Shown: in pieces, positions 37,166-49,500 of the stretch
Layout: each line of letters starts with the position of its first letter
Numbering within the stretch: the stretch's first letter is position 1
Source: Ranitomeya imitator
Taxonomy: Eukaryota
Length of the DNA stretch: 64,000 nucleotides
Assembly: GCF_032444005.1 (NCBI RefSeq)
Contig: NC_091290.1
Span: forward strand, 12,586,001 to 12,650,000
Direction of reading: 5' to 3'
Translations under genes and position numbers: made by a program
Notes under the pieces: generated by a model
What the model saw: the letters and a program-made list of their open reading frames with translations, nothing else
What the model was told of the DNA's origin: nothing
Databases searched by the model: none

Positions 37166-38775
37166 GGTATGTGCTGCTCCATCCTGCGTCCCCATCCTGT
37201 CATGCGCTGCTCCATCCTGCGTCCCCATCCTGTCATGTGCTTCTCCATCCTGCGTCCCCATCCTGTCATGCGCTGCTCCATCCTGCGTTCCCTTTCCTGT
37301 CATGCGCTGCTCCCATCCTGCGTCCCCATCCTGTCATGCGCTGCTCCCATCCTGCGTCCCCATCCTGTGATGCGCTGCTCCCATCCTGTGATGCGCTGCT
37401 CCCATCCTGCGTCCCCATCCTGTCATGCGCTGCTCCATCCTGCGTCCCCATCCTGTCATGCGCTGCTCCATCATGCGTCCCCATCCTGTCATGCGCTGCT
37501 GCATCCTGCGTCCCCATCCTTATGTGCTGCTGCATCCTGCGTCCCCATCCTGTCATGCGCTGCTGCATCCTGCGTCCCCATCCTTATGTGCTGCTGCATC
37601 CTGCGTCCCCATCCTTATGTGCTGCTGCATCCTGCGTCCCCATCCTTATGTGCTGCTGCATCCTGCGTCCCCATCCTTATGTGCTGCTCCATCCTGCGTC
37701 CCCATCCTTATGTGCTGCTCCATCCTGCGTCCCCATTCTGTTATGTGCTGCTCCATCCTGCGTCCCCATCCTTATGTGCTGCTCCATCCTGCGTCCCCAT
37801 CCTTATGTCCTGCTCCATCCTGCGTCCCCATACTGTTATGTGCTGCTCCATCCTGTGTCCCCATCCTTATGTGCTGCTCCATCCTGCGTCCCCATCCTTA
37901 TGTCCTGCTCCATCCTGCGTCCCCATACTGTTATGTGCTGCTCCATCCTGTGTCCCCATCCTTATGTGCTGCTCCATCCTGCGTCCCCATCCTTATGTGC
38001 TGCTCCATCCTGCGTCCCCATCCTTATGTCCTGCTCCATCCTGCGTCCCCATACTGTTATGTGCTGCTCCATCCTGCGTCCCCATCCTTATGTGCTGCTC
38101 CATCCTGCGTCCCCATCCTTATGTGCTGCTCCATCCTGCGTCCCCATCCTTATGTCCTGCTCCATCCTGCGTCCCCATACTGTTATGTGCTGCTCCATCC
38201 TGCGTCCCCATCCTTATGTGCTGCTGCATCCTGCGTCCCCATCCTTATGTGCTGCTCCATCCTGCGTCCCCATCCTTATGTGCTGCTCCATCCTGCGTCC
38301 CCATACTGTTATGTGCTGCTCCATCCTGCGTCCCCATCCTTATGTGCTGCTCCATCCTGCGTCCCCATCCTTATGTGCTGCTCCATCCTGCGTCCCCATC
38401 CTTATGTCCTGCTCCATCCTGCGTCCCCATCCTTATGTCCTGCTCCATCCTGCGTCCCCATCCTTATGTCCTGCTCCATCCTGCGTCCCCATCTTTATGT
38501 CCTGCTCCATCCTGCGTCCCCATCCTTATGTCCTGCTCCATCCTGCGTCCCCATCCTTATGTCCTGCTCCATCCTGCGTCCCCATACTGTTATGTGCTGC
38601 TCCATCCTGCGTCCCCATCCTTATGTGCTGCTCCATCCTGCGTCCCCATCCTTATGTGCTGCTCCATCCTGCGTCCCCATCCTTATGTGCTGCTCCATCC
38701 TGCGTCCCCATCCTTATGTGCTGCTCCATCCTGCGTCCCCATCCTTATGTGCTGCTCCATCCTGCGTCCCCATAC
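37166..38775. repeat. About 31-bp minisatellite in the Helitron
   Basis: Unit atgtgctgctccatcctgcgtccccatcctt with 33-bp variants. Confidence 0.93.
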
Positions 38776-39624
38776 TGCCTCTGACCCGCTCGGCGCCGAG
38801 TGCTGGGGGGCCTGAGCAGGCGGGGACACCGGCACGCTGTGGGGGTCAGGTGCCGGTATCGCCGCCAGCTCAGGCCCCCCAGCACTTACTATACTCACCT
38901 GTCCGGCGTTCCATCGCTGAGCGCCGCCATCTTCCCGGTCTCCTGGCTGTGACTGTTCAGTCAGAGGGCGGCGCCGGCGCGCATTAAGCGCGTCATCGCG
39001 CCCTCTGAACTGAAGGCCACAGACCGAAGACCGGGAAAATGGCGCCGCTCAGCGATGGAACGGGGACAGGTGAATATAGGCCGATACTCACCCTCCTGGC
39101 GGTCCCTGCTTCTGCGGTGGAGATCGCGGTGTGTGTTCAGTGTGAACGCACACCGCGATCTCCCGGGAGAGCGTCGCTCTGTGAGGCCCAGACTGCGCCG
39201 GCGCTTGCGCTTGCGCAGTCTATAGAGGCTTCGGACAGAGTGACGCTCCCAGCGTTATATTATAGATGGTGGCTCGATTCTAACACATCGGGTATTCTAG
39301 AATATGTATGTATGTATGTCGCGCTGCGAGTGGGGGTTAAATTCCGCACCAATAAGCGAAGCGTGGTTCAAATCTGGCGCCAATTCACGGCCGGACTGCG
39401 CCAGTTGCTGATTGGTCGCGACCGGCCGGGCACGACCAATGACCGAAGCGGTGTTTAAATACTGCGCCAATATCGCTGATTGGTCATGGCCGGCCGTGAG
39501 CTATCAATCACTGAAGCGGTGTTTAAATCCCTTGTCAATTGGCGGCTGGACTGCGTCTCTCGCTGATTGGTCGCTTGATCTCGGGAGCTCGGGGCGCTGG
39601 ATGTCGGGGGTTCGGAGTGCGGGA

Positions 39625-39970
39625 TATAGTACAGCCACGTAGTATATAACACAGCCACATAGTATATAGCACAGCCATGTAGTGTTTAGTATATAGCACA
39701 GCCGCATAGTGTATATAGCACATCCCATAGTATATAGCACAGCCACGTAGTATATATCAGCCACGTAGTATATAGCACAGCCCATAGTATATAGCACAGC
39801 CTTGTAGTATATAGCACAGCCACGTAGTATATAGCACAGCCACATAGTATATAACAACCACATAGTATATAACAGCCACATAGTATATAACACAGCCCAC
39901 GCAGTATATAACACTGCCCAAGTAGTATATATCAGTCATGCAGTATATAACACAGCCCGCGTAGTATACA
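39625..39970. repeat. About 20-bp minisatellite in the Helitron
   Basis: Unit agtatatagcacagccacgt. Confidence 0.85.
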
Positions 39971-41072
39971 GCAGTGTGGGCACCATATCTCTGTTAAAAA
40001 AAAGAATTAAAATAAAAAATAGTTATATACTCACCCTCCGGCGTCCACAGAAGTTGTCCCGATGCGTGCGAGGCTGCCGCCAGCTTCCGATCGCAATGCA
40101 TCTCTGGGAACGGAAGCTGGCGGCAGCCTCGCCGCTCGCACACAACGGCGGAAGGTGAGAATAGCACCATTTTTTTTAAATTATTTTTAACATTATATCT
40201 TTTTACTATTGATGCTGCATAGGCAACATCAATAGTAAAAAGTTTGTCACACAGTGTTAATAGCAGAGTTAACAGACTGCGTTACACCGCGTTATGCCGC
40301 GGTGTAACGCAGTCGGTTTAACGGACTGCTAAAACGCTAAGTGGGTGGCGGGCGCTGACTGGGGTGGGGGGGGGGGAGTACGGAGGGGCCACTGACTGCA
40401 GGGGAGTAGGGAGTGGCCATTTTGCGGCCGGACTATGCTCGTCACTGACCAATCAGCGACTTGGGATTTCCGTGACAGACAGACGGAAGTGCCCCTTGGA
40501 CGATTATATATATAGATATATATATAGATATATATATATATATCTCTATATATAAAATACAATTAGAAATACAATTGGGAATAAAATATATATTGTGTTT
40601 TTTTTGGTCGAACTGTTGCAATAAAATTAATTAAATAAAAACAAAAGAAAAAATACAGAGAAAATATTTGTACAGACAAATGGCGATAAAGCTTTAAATA
40701 AATAAATTAGTTAAATAAAGATACAATTGAAAATACAAATAATGCAAATAAAACAAAACAAAAAACTACCGTGCTTAAAAAGTTGCAGTGCTTTTTACCC
40801 CCATATGAGAAGAAGTGATAAAAAATTGCTGATACTTCTGTCCTTTTGTCTGAATTCAAACAAGTGTAAAAAAATGGTCTGTTTTGCCTCCTAAAAAAAC
40901 AACTACATATTTTTCATGTTTTATGCTACTGTTACATCGGTATGTGCTCTGGTTTCTCTGGTTTTACTTACAAATGGAAGATAAGTTTTATGTACTAGGA
41001 AAAAAAAAGATCAACTAGATCAACAAGATCAAAGATCAACAAGTTCAGTTAATAACCCTCTACTTCTGAGCT

Positions 41073-44000
41073 CAGGGCCGGACTGGGACTAAAATTCAGC
41101 CCTGGCATTTGCAGTCACACAGGGCCACTTGTCACATGGTGACTGTATAATATCTTTGTACACTTGTAGGTTACAAGAAGTGAGGGGAGAGTAACACGAC
41201 TATATAACATATAATCACAGCTGTATCCAGCATTACAGATCAGTCCTATTTATTGCTTTTTACCAAGAAAAGCCGCTACTTTACCTCCATAATCGGATCT
41301 CGTAGATAATGAACGGATTGTGGAACCTCATTCTGATGCTCCATACTCTTTGCCTGCAGCCACTTTTGGTTCCGCTGCGCAGCACGAGACCCGGTGACTC
41401 TGAAGAGCGGTGACATCAGTAACGTCACCGCTCTTCAGATATTCCGGGTCTTGCGCTGAGCTTGGAGACTTTGAAGAGCAGTATTGTTACTACCGTCACC
41501 GCTCTTCAGAGTCGCTGGGTCTCGCCAGGTCTGGGCTAGTAGTGGGGGTGTCTGATAGACACCTCTCCATTACTTACACCAGGGATTGATAGCAGCTGAC
41601 ATTACACAGCTGACATCAACCCTAAACATCATTACACATACCAGAATTAAATGCTCTGGCGGCTGGGAAAAGCAGCAGAGTTAGTACCCGGCGCCTGGGA
41701 ATAGCGCTAACTACAACTGTCATCATCCTTGCCTGGTCTCCCTGTGAAGTATTTCTGCTGTATTTACATGCGCTGATCTCAGGCCACTAAATGAGTGTGA
41801 TTGACAATACTGAAGTCGTTCGCTTGTTTCCCGGCCTCTTTACACCAACTGAGAAAGAATGAAGGGAACAGAACAATCACAATTAGATCAATCTGTCCCC
41901 ACACAGTATCATGTTATCAGCAGCACAACTACAGTTTACACCGGTGATGTGCTGCTGAGAACAAGGATTTCTGTTCCCACATAAACAATCCAATCACTCG
42001 ATGAATAGGCAGCATTTTGCTTGTTTAGTATAATACACCCTCATAGTCCTCCACATATTATAATGTGCACCTCAGTCCTCCATATAGTATAATACGCTCC
42101 TCATAGTCCTCCATATAGTATAATACACTCCTCTGTCCTCCATATAGTATAATACACTCCTCATAGTCCTCCATATAGTATAATACACTCCTCATAGTCC
42201 TCCATATAGTATAATACAATCCTCAGTCCTCCATATAGTATAATACACTCCTCAGTCTTCCATATAGTATAATACACTCCTCAGTTCTCCATATAGTATA
42301 ATACACTCCTCATAATCCTCCATATAGTATACTACACTCCTCATAGTCCTCCATATAGTATAATACACTCCTCATAGTCCTCCATATATTAAAATACACT
42401 GCAATTCCTCCATATAGTATAATACACTCCTCAGTCCTCCATAAAGTATAATGTACTGCCACAGTCCTCCATATAGTATAATACACTGCTCAGTCGTCCA
42501 AATAGTATAATACATTCCTCATAGTGCTCCATATAGTATAAAATAGTATAATGCCCCGCCATTGTCATCCATGTAGTACAATTCACTTCCCATAGTATAA
42601 TGCACCCCATAGTTCTTAATATAGTATAATGTATTCCCCATAGTCCTCGATACAGTATAACACAGCCCACATATAGTATAATGATGCCACCCCAGAGTAT
42701 AATGCAGCCACCACACAGAATATACTGTAGCCCCCTGAGTATAATGTAACCCCCCAGAGAATATAATGCAGCCCCTCTCATATAGTATAATGCAGCCCCT
42801 GCATATATAATATATGGTAGCCCCCTCATAGAGCATAATGCAGCCCCCCATAGAATATAATGTAGCCCCTCCATAGAATACAATGCAGCCCTCATTATAT
42901 AGTATAATGCAGCTCCCCATAGAATATAATGTAGCCCCCTCATAGAATATGATGCAATCACCCCTCATAGAATATAATACAGCCCCCCATAGAATTCAAT
43001 GTAGCCCCCAGAGAATGTGATACAGTCCCCCATAGAATATAATACAGCCCCCCATAGAATATAATACAGCCCCCCATAGAATATAATACAGCACCCCATA
43101 GAATATAATACAGCACCCCATAGAATATAATGTAGTCCCCAGAGAATGTAGCACAGCCCCCATAGAATGTAATACAGCCCTCCCCATAGAATGTAATACA
43201 GCCCGCTGCCCCCCATAGAATGTAATACAGCCCTCCCCTATAGAATGTAAGACAGCCCCCCATAGAATGTAACAGAGCACAGCCCCCATAGAATATAATA
43301 CAGCACAGCCCCCATAGAATGTAATACAGCACAGCCCCCATAGAATGTAATAAGCCCTTCCCCATAGAATGTAATACAGCCCTTCCCCATAGAATGTAAT
43401 ACAGCCAGCCCCCATAGAATGTAATGCAGCCAGCCCCATAGAATGTAATGCAGCCAGCCCAATAGAATGTAATGCAGCCAGCACCCATAGAATGTAATGC
43501 AGCCAGCCCCCATAGAATGTAATGCAGCGAGCCCTATAGAATGTAATGCAGCCAGCACCCATAGAATGTAATGCAGCCAGCACCCATAGAATGTAATGCA
43601 GCCAGCCCCCATAGAATGTAATGCAGCCAGCCCCATAGAATGAAATGCAGCAAGCCCAATAGAATGTAATACAGCCCTCCCCATAGAATGTAATGCAGCC
43701 AGCCCCCATAGAATGTAATGCAGCCAGCCCCATAGAATGTAATGCAGCCAGCCCAATAGAATGTAATGCAGCCAGTACCCATAGAATGTAATGCAGCCAG
43801 CCCCCATAGAATGTAATGCAGCCAGCCCCATAGAATGTAATGCAGCCAGCCCAATAGAATGTAATGCAGCCAGCACCCATAGAATGTAATGCAGCCAGCC
43901 CCCATAGAATATAATGCAGCCAGCCCCCATAGAATGCAATGCAGCCAGCCCCCATAGAATGTAATACAGCACAGCCCCCATAGAATGTAATACAACACAG

Positions 44001-44634
44001 CCTCCATGGAATGTAATACAGCACAGCCTCCATGGAATGTAATACAGCACAGCTCCCATAGAATATAATACAGCACAGCCCCCATAGAATGTAATACAGC
44101 CCTTCCCCACATTCCCCATAGAATGTAATGTAGGCAGCCCCCATACAATGTAATGCAGCCAGCTTCCATAGAATGTAATACAGCCCCCCAATTGCCCCAC
44201 AATCCAGTTATCACTCATTGATATATATTTAAAAAAAACAAACAAAAAACAAAAAAAAAACACTCTCCTCACCTCTCCTCGTACCCTGCACTGCTCCCGG
44301 CTCCGGTCTCAGCAGCCGCAGTCTGACCGCCTGACACACAGCAGGTGCGTGATGATATGACGTCATCGCGCACCCGCAGTGTCAGAGGCAGGCAGAGCGG
44401 GGAATGATGGGAGAGGGAGCGACAGCAGACGCTCTCTCCTCCATCATTGCATTCAACTGTACCGGCATCAATGACGCCGGTATAGTTGAATGCGGGGCGG
44501 GGAGTGTGTCGACAGCGGGGAGAGTGTGCTAACAGCAGGGGGAGTGTGCTGACAGCGGCACACTCGAGCGGCCCACTACTGCCACCGGCCCTTCTGGCAT
44601 TTGCCAGAACTGCCCGATGGCCAGTCCGGCCCTG
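41073..44634. mobile_element. Non-autonomous hAT element (3562 bp) carrying minisatellites
   Basis: TIR cagggccggactgg / ccagtccggccctg; perfect 8-bp TSD tctgagct (41065-41072, 44635-44642). Confidence 0.92.
42040..44190. repeat. Graded 24-31 bp minisatellite inside the hAT element
   Basis: Unit drifts from cctcatagtcctccatatagtataatacact to gcagccagcccccatagaatgtaat. Confidence 0.9.
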
Positions 44635-46320
44635 TCTGAGCTTCTTTCAGCTGATTTATGACCACAGATCACATAAAAGTTGAAAGTGCAGATAAACAAA
44701 GAGCCTGTAAAAGCCAAACGGTGCAAAATTTTTAATGAAACCCAATCGCAAAACAAATTAAACGGAAATTAAACGGTGGCCGACCCCTTTTGTGATCCTG
44801 TTTATTACAGTGTATTTCTAATATTATATTGATATGTTTCTATCACCAGGTTGGTCTAAATTTTCACTTTTGTGCTTCAGTGATCGATTTCATCCTTTCT
44901 ATACACAAACAATGCAATCCAATCAATGACTAATTCCAGGCTTATAATATGTAAAAAAAAAATGTAAAAAAAGGGTATAAAATGTACTATCAATCCTATA
45001 GAAATACATTTCATTAGCACATAATAATTAAATCAGACAAGAGGTCTTTAAATTGGGTTTATAGTTATCAATACTCTCCCCGATTCATGAAGTCGGACAA
45101 CCAAATGTTTAAAGGGATAGTCACATTAGGTTAGTATCTACATGGATACAGTGATAACAAGGACAATGGGTCTGATTGTAGCAAAATGAAGTCCCTTTAT
45201 TATGGCGACTGCGCCTATTAATAATCATAATAGTATAATAATATTAATACCACTAATATTTCAGTATTTATTATTGATTTGTACAGGTGAAATGTGTGGG
45301 TAGACAAAGTGCCCTTGTACTACCAATTCATACTTTGAATATAATGCCACTGTCAAAGGGGTACATTGCAGCGGAAACTTTTGCACGCCACGCATATTTA
45401 ACAATTTTTTTTCCAGTAATTATTGCAAAAATTGACACACAATTTGCAAATCACTAAATGCAAATATAAACTGAACGGCTCTCACTTAAAAAAAAAAATG
45501 TTTTATTATAGCGACGCAATTTTACCATAGAAATAGTGACACCTACAGGCCATTTTATGTACAACACAGTAAAAATATAATGATTTAGAACCTGTCCTGT
45601 TACAGTTTAATCGTCCTGATTTCATTGGATTTTACAAGTAAATATATATATAAATATATATAATATGTCGCAAAGGGGGCAATGAATGAAGCAACATGTA
45701 AAAGCAGTGTCATCACTTAAAAGGGTTTTCTCGATATCATAAATGGTTAAAATTGCAACGATCTTGTAAAACAAGCAACTATGCAATTCACGGTCTCAAA
45801 AATATAGGGATCTTTAATTTTATGGCTTACTGTCTAGGTTCCCAGTCACTGTGCACAGTTTATCAGCAGTGGTCGATTTCCTAAGCGAGGAGCACAGCGC
45901 TTACAAGCGCTTTCCAATAGAGCTTGTAAGCGCTGCTCTGAAGCTGGCAGGATCACGGCATCTGGCTGGCCTCGGTGCCCCTGTGCTCCAGAAACAAAGC
46001 TGCCTAATCTAGCAACATCAGAGCGCTCACAGCTAGGGCCTGTCGTGCCTCCATGTTATTGGGGCATAAAGACATCATAAAGGGGGCTCCTAGGGGCCAT
46101 AAATAAGCATCTCCAGGACCCTTTGGACATCCATTCATCTGAATGGTCGCTATGTAATAATACAGTTCCCCTCCAGTGGCTGTCACAAGGGACATTCCTG
46201 GCTTTCCCATTGAAGGCGCTGGGATTCGCATTTTGACTCCCACTTTAAATAGGATTTTTAATGAAAGGTCTTGAATGAATCCAGGTCCCCGACTCGTCCC
46301 CATCTTCCCATATGTTGTCC

Positions 46321-46558
46321 TCACTCTTCCCCGGTGGTGTCAAATCCCATATTACTGTAGTGCGTCTTATAGAAGCTCAGATCCGGTTGGATCACCGGGA
46401 GACGCTTAGCCGGGTTGACCATGTTGTCATAAACGATGTCCTTGCTTGCGTGACTAATACGCCGGTAAATACTGGTGGTGTTCCACGTGGGTACAGGGAC
46501 TTGTGTGGTCTCGGGTGCGTGACTCCTCTGTTCTCCCATGCAGCATATACATTTATTT
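46321..46558 (-). CDS. Link receptor exon 8 (cytoplasmic tail, terminal)
   Basis: Acceptor tttttattctccAG; encodes NKCICC followed by ORF 46321..46539; TGA at 46321-46323. Confidence 0.85.
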
Positions 46559-49500
46559 CTGGAGAATAAAAATATATACGTTACGTTGAGGACGATCAGA
46601 AAGATGCTTAGCTAAGGTTTCTAATGAGAAACAGCGCCACCCTTGTGCAGAGGTTGTATGTGGTAATGCAGCTTAGCTCGTTTTATGTGATTGCAATACC
46701 ATTCAAGACCCATCCATAAGGGTGGCGCTGTTTCAGGAAAAAAAAAAAAAGAACTGACGGTAATAAAGGAGCATTTTCTATTCTAATCCACCCTATTAAC
46801 CTAAGCAAGGAGTAGCTCCGACCACCGGATGGAGCCGTGCAGGTTGTTCCTGCTACTCACCCTCTCATGAAGGCAGCGGCTAGAAGTAATATCACAAATA
46901 TGAAGGCGATGATGCACCCGATGGCGATTTTCTTCCAGGCTGTAAATAACAAGAAGCAGAAGGGTGAGGAAGCGTCATCAATTACGCGGAAATGCAGAAT
47001 TCTGCAGGTTTCCAATTCTCAGGGAGCAATGCATTGTGGGACTCTTGAGAACAGGGCTCTGTTCACATTGCATTGGATCCTTCCATTGGAGGTATATGAA
47101 GCGATCACTTTCTTGAACGAAAGTATGTGACCTGCACCACTTTATAGGCATACGATGGCATATGTTGCCCATAGGCTCCCGTTTTACACAGGGGCAATCT
47201 GTCAGCAACGTTTTAAGCGGCAGTCAGGAAGAGTGATGCATTGGTCACTGTTTAACGATTAAAACGATATCTATATCGTCCCGATCCGTTGTGTCGTTGC
47301 AGAGAAATCAGTATTTTTATCGATATGCAAATCAGACTGCAAGTGCACAAGACGTTGATAATGCACTTGCAGTCTATGACTCCTCCTCAGTTCTCCCTGT
47401 CCAGCGTCGTTCTCATCTGCTCGATCGGCAGCTGTTGTAAATAATATTATCTACAGAAAACATCATCGGTCTCTGCAGCCAATCGAGCAGCAATGCGTTG
47501 GCCAACTGCAGAGAAGCTGTGGACTGCAAGTGCACATGAAACGCCCAGTGCACTTGGAGTCCATGACTCCTCCTCAGTTCTCCCTGTCCAGCGTCGTTCT
47601 CATCTGCTCGATCGGCAGCTGTTGTAAATAATATTATCTACAGAAAACATCATCGGTCTCTGCAGCCAATCAAGCAGCAATGCGTTGGCCAACTGCAGAG
47701 AAGCTGTGGACTGCAAGTGCACATGAAACGCCCAGTGCAATTGGAGTCCATGACTCCTCCTCAGTTCTCCCTGTCCAGCGTCGTTCTCATCTGCTCGATC
47801 GGCAGCTGTTGTAAATAATATTATCTACAGAAATCATCATCTGTCTCTGCAGCCAATCGAGCAGCAATGCGATGGCCAACTGCAGAGAAGCTGTAGACTG
47901 CAAGTGCACATGAAACGCCCAGTGCACTTGCAGTTCATGACTCCTCCCCAGTTCTCCCTGTCCAGCGTCGTTCTCATCTGCTTGATCGGCAGCTGTTGTA
48001 AATATTATTATCTACAGAAAACATCATCTGTCTCTGCAGCCAATCGAGCAGCAATGCGTTGGCCAACTGCAGGGAAGCTGTGCACTGCAAGTGCACATGA
48101 GACGCCCAGTGCACTTGCAGTCCATGACTCATCCTCAGTTCTCCCTGTCCAGCGTCGTTCTCATCTGCTCGATCGGCAGCTGTTGTAAATATTATTATCT
48201 ACAGAAAACATCATCTGTCTCTGCAGCCAATCGAGCAGCAATGCGATGGCCAACTGCAGAGAAGCTGTAGACTGCAAGTGCACATGAAACGCCCAGTGCA
48301 CTTGCAGTTCATGACTCCTCCCCAGTTCTCCCTGTCCAGCGTCGTTCTCATCTGCTCGATCGGCAGCTGTTGTAAATATTATTATCTACAGAAAACATCA
48401 TCTGTCTCTGCAGCCAATCGAGCAGCAATGCGTTGGCCAACTGCAGGGAAGCTGTGGACTGCAAGTGCACATGAAACGCCCAGTGCACTTGCAGTCAAAT
48501 TTACATATGGATAAAAGTAAGGATTTCTCTGCAATAAAACAACCGATCGGGACGATATAGGCATCATTTTAATTGTCGAACAGAGACCAATTCATCCCTA
48601 CCTTCCGTTGATGCTTCAAATACTTTATTGATACAAATAGAGAAAAGAAAAATAAAATAGATACAAATCGGTACAAAAACACCAACGTAAAATAATGAAA
48701 AAAAATAAAACTTTGAAGCTGATGTACTTGGCTGAATTATGGCGCTGGGCAGGTGGCATAGATTTAGTGCCAAGTTTAGTCCTAGATATACGGCCACACA
48801 CTTGGTGTAATGTTTAATGTGGAATTATAATAACATAAATATATAAAATCACAACAAATAATAACAGGAACTTACTCCGGTTATCTTTTATTACGAGGAC
48901 ATCAGACACTGTAAGACAACAAAATGCATTACATGATGTTCCTTGCACAGGCTGCAAAAACGTACTAAGTCCATGTTCACACGATGCGTTCACGGTTTAC
49001 TATACATTTCTGAAATTGATGCAAAAACTATTAATTTTTTTACAGCAATTTTACAAAATTGCATACAAAGCCTTATTCACATGATACTTATTTTTGTTTT
49101 ACGAGATTCTTTAGCCTGCGTTCTCACGTTGTGATCTAAAATCACATTCACACATTTTATTTTTTTTACCATTTTTTTTTTATCTGCAGCATAGCCAATT
49201 CTTTTATCATTTTTACTGAAGTTTTTCTCTATTGAGATCAAAGTGAGATAGTAAAAAAGGATCAAAATATGCATCTGCAGTTTTCTTGTCATATGCAAAA
49301 AATGTTTAAAAACCTTATGTGTGAATGAGGCATAAACAATGCAGGACAAAAATAGTGCACCCAAGAAATGCATCATGTGAACAGACCTCTAAAAGGGTAT
49401 AAATTAGCCCTAGATTGCGGGATCAGTATTACAGAACCATAACATGAGAATGATGGCTAAATACACATACATCATTTTTGGGGGGCCAGACTGAATCCTT

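Larger units (their letters stand above)
37101..40516 (-). mobile_element. Non-autonomous Helitron carrying minisatellites
   Basis: On the minus strand A|TCtatatata... (40517|40516) and ...cccgggcgtagaacggg hairpin-ttcaatagCTAG|T (37101|37100); no TSD. Confidence 0.8.

Noticed and set aside
37108-38987. Cys-rich ORFs of 520-558 aa
   Set aside because: Products of the 31-bp array inside the Helitron, open in all three frames.
42431-44272. Hydrophobic or Cys-rich minus-strand ORFs
   Set aside because: Minisatellite inside the hAT element.
46004-46324. 106-aa ORF after the Link-gene stop
   Set aside because: Lies in the presumed 3' UTR, partly in repeat-like sequence; no homology features.
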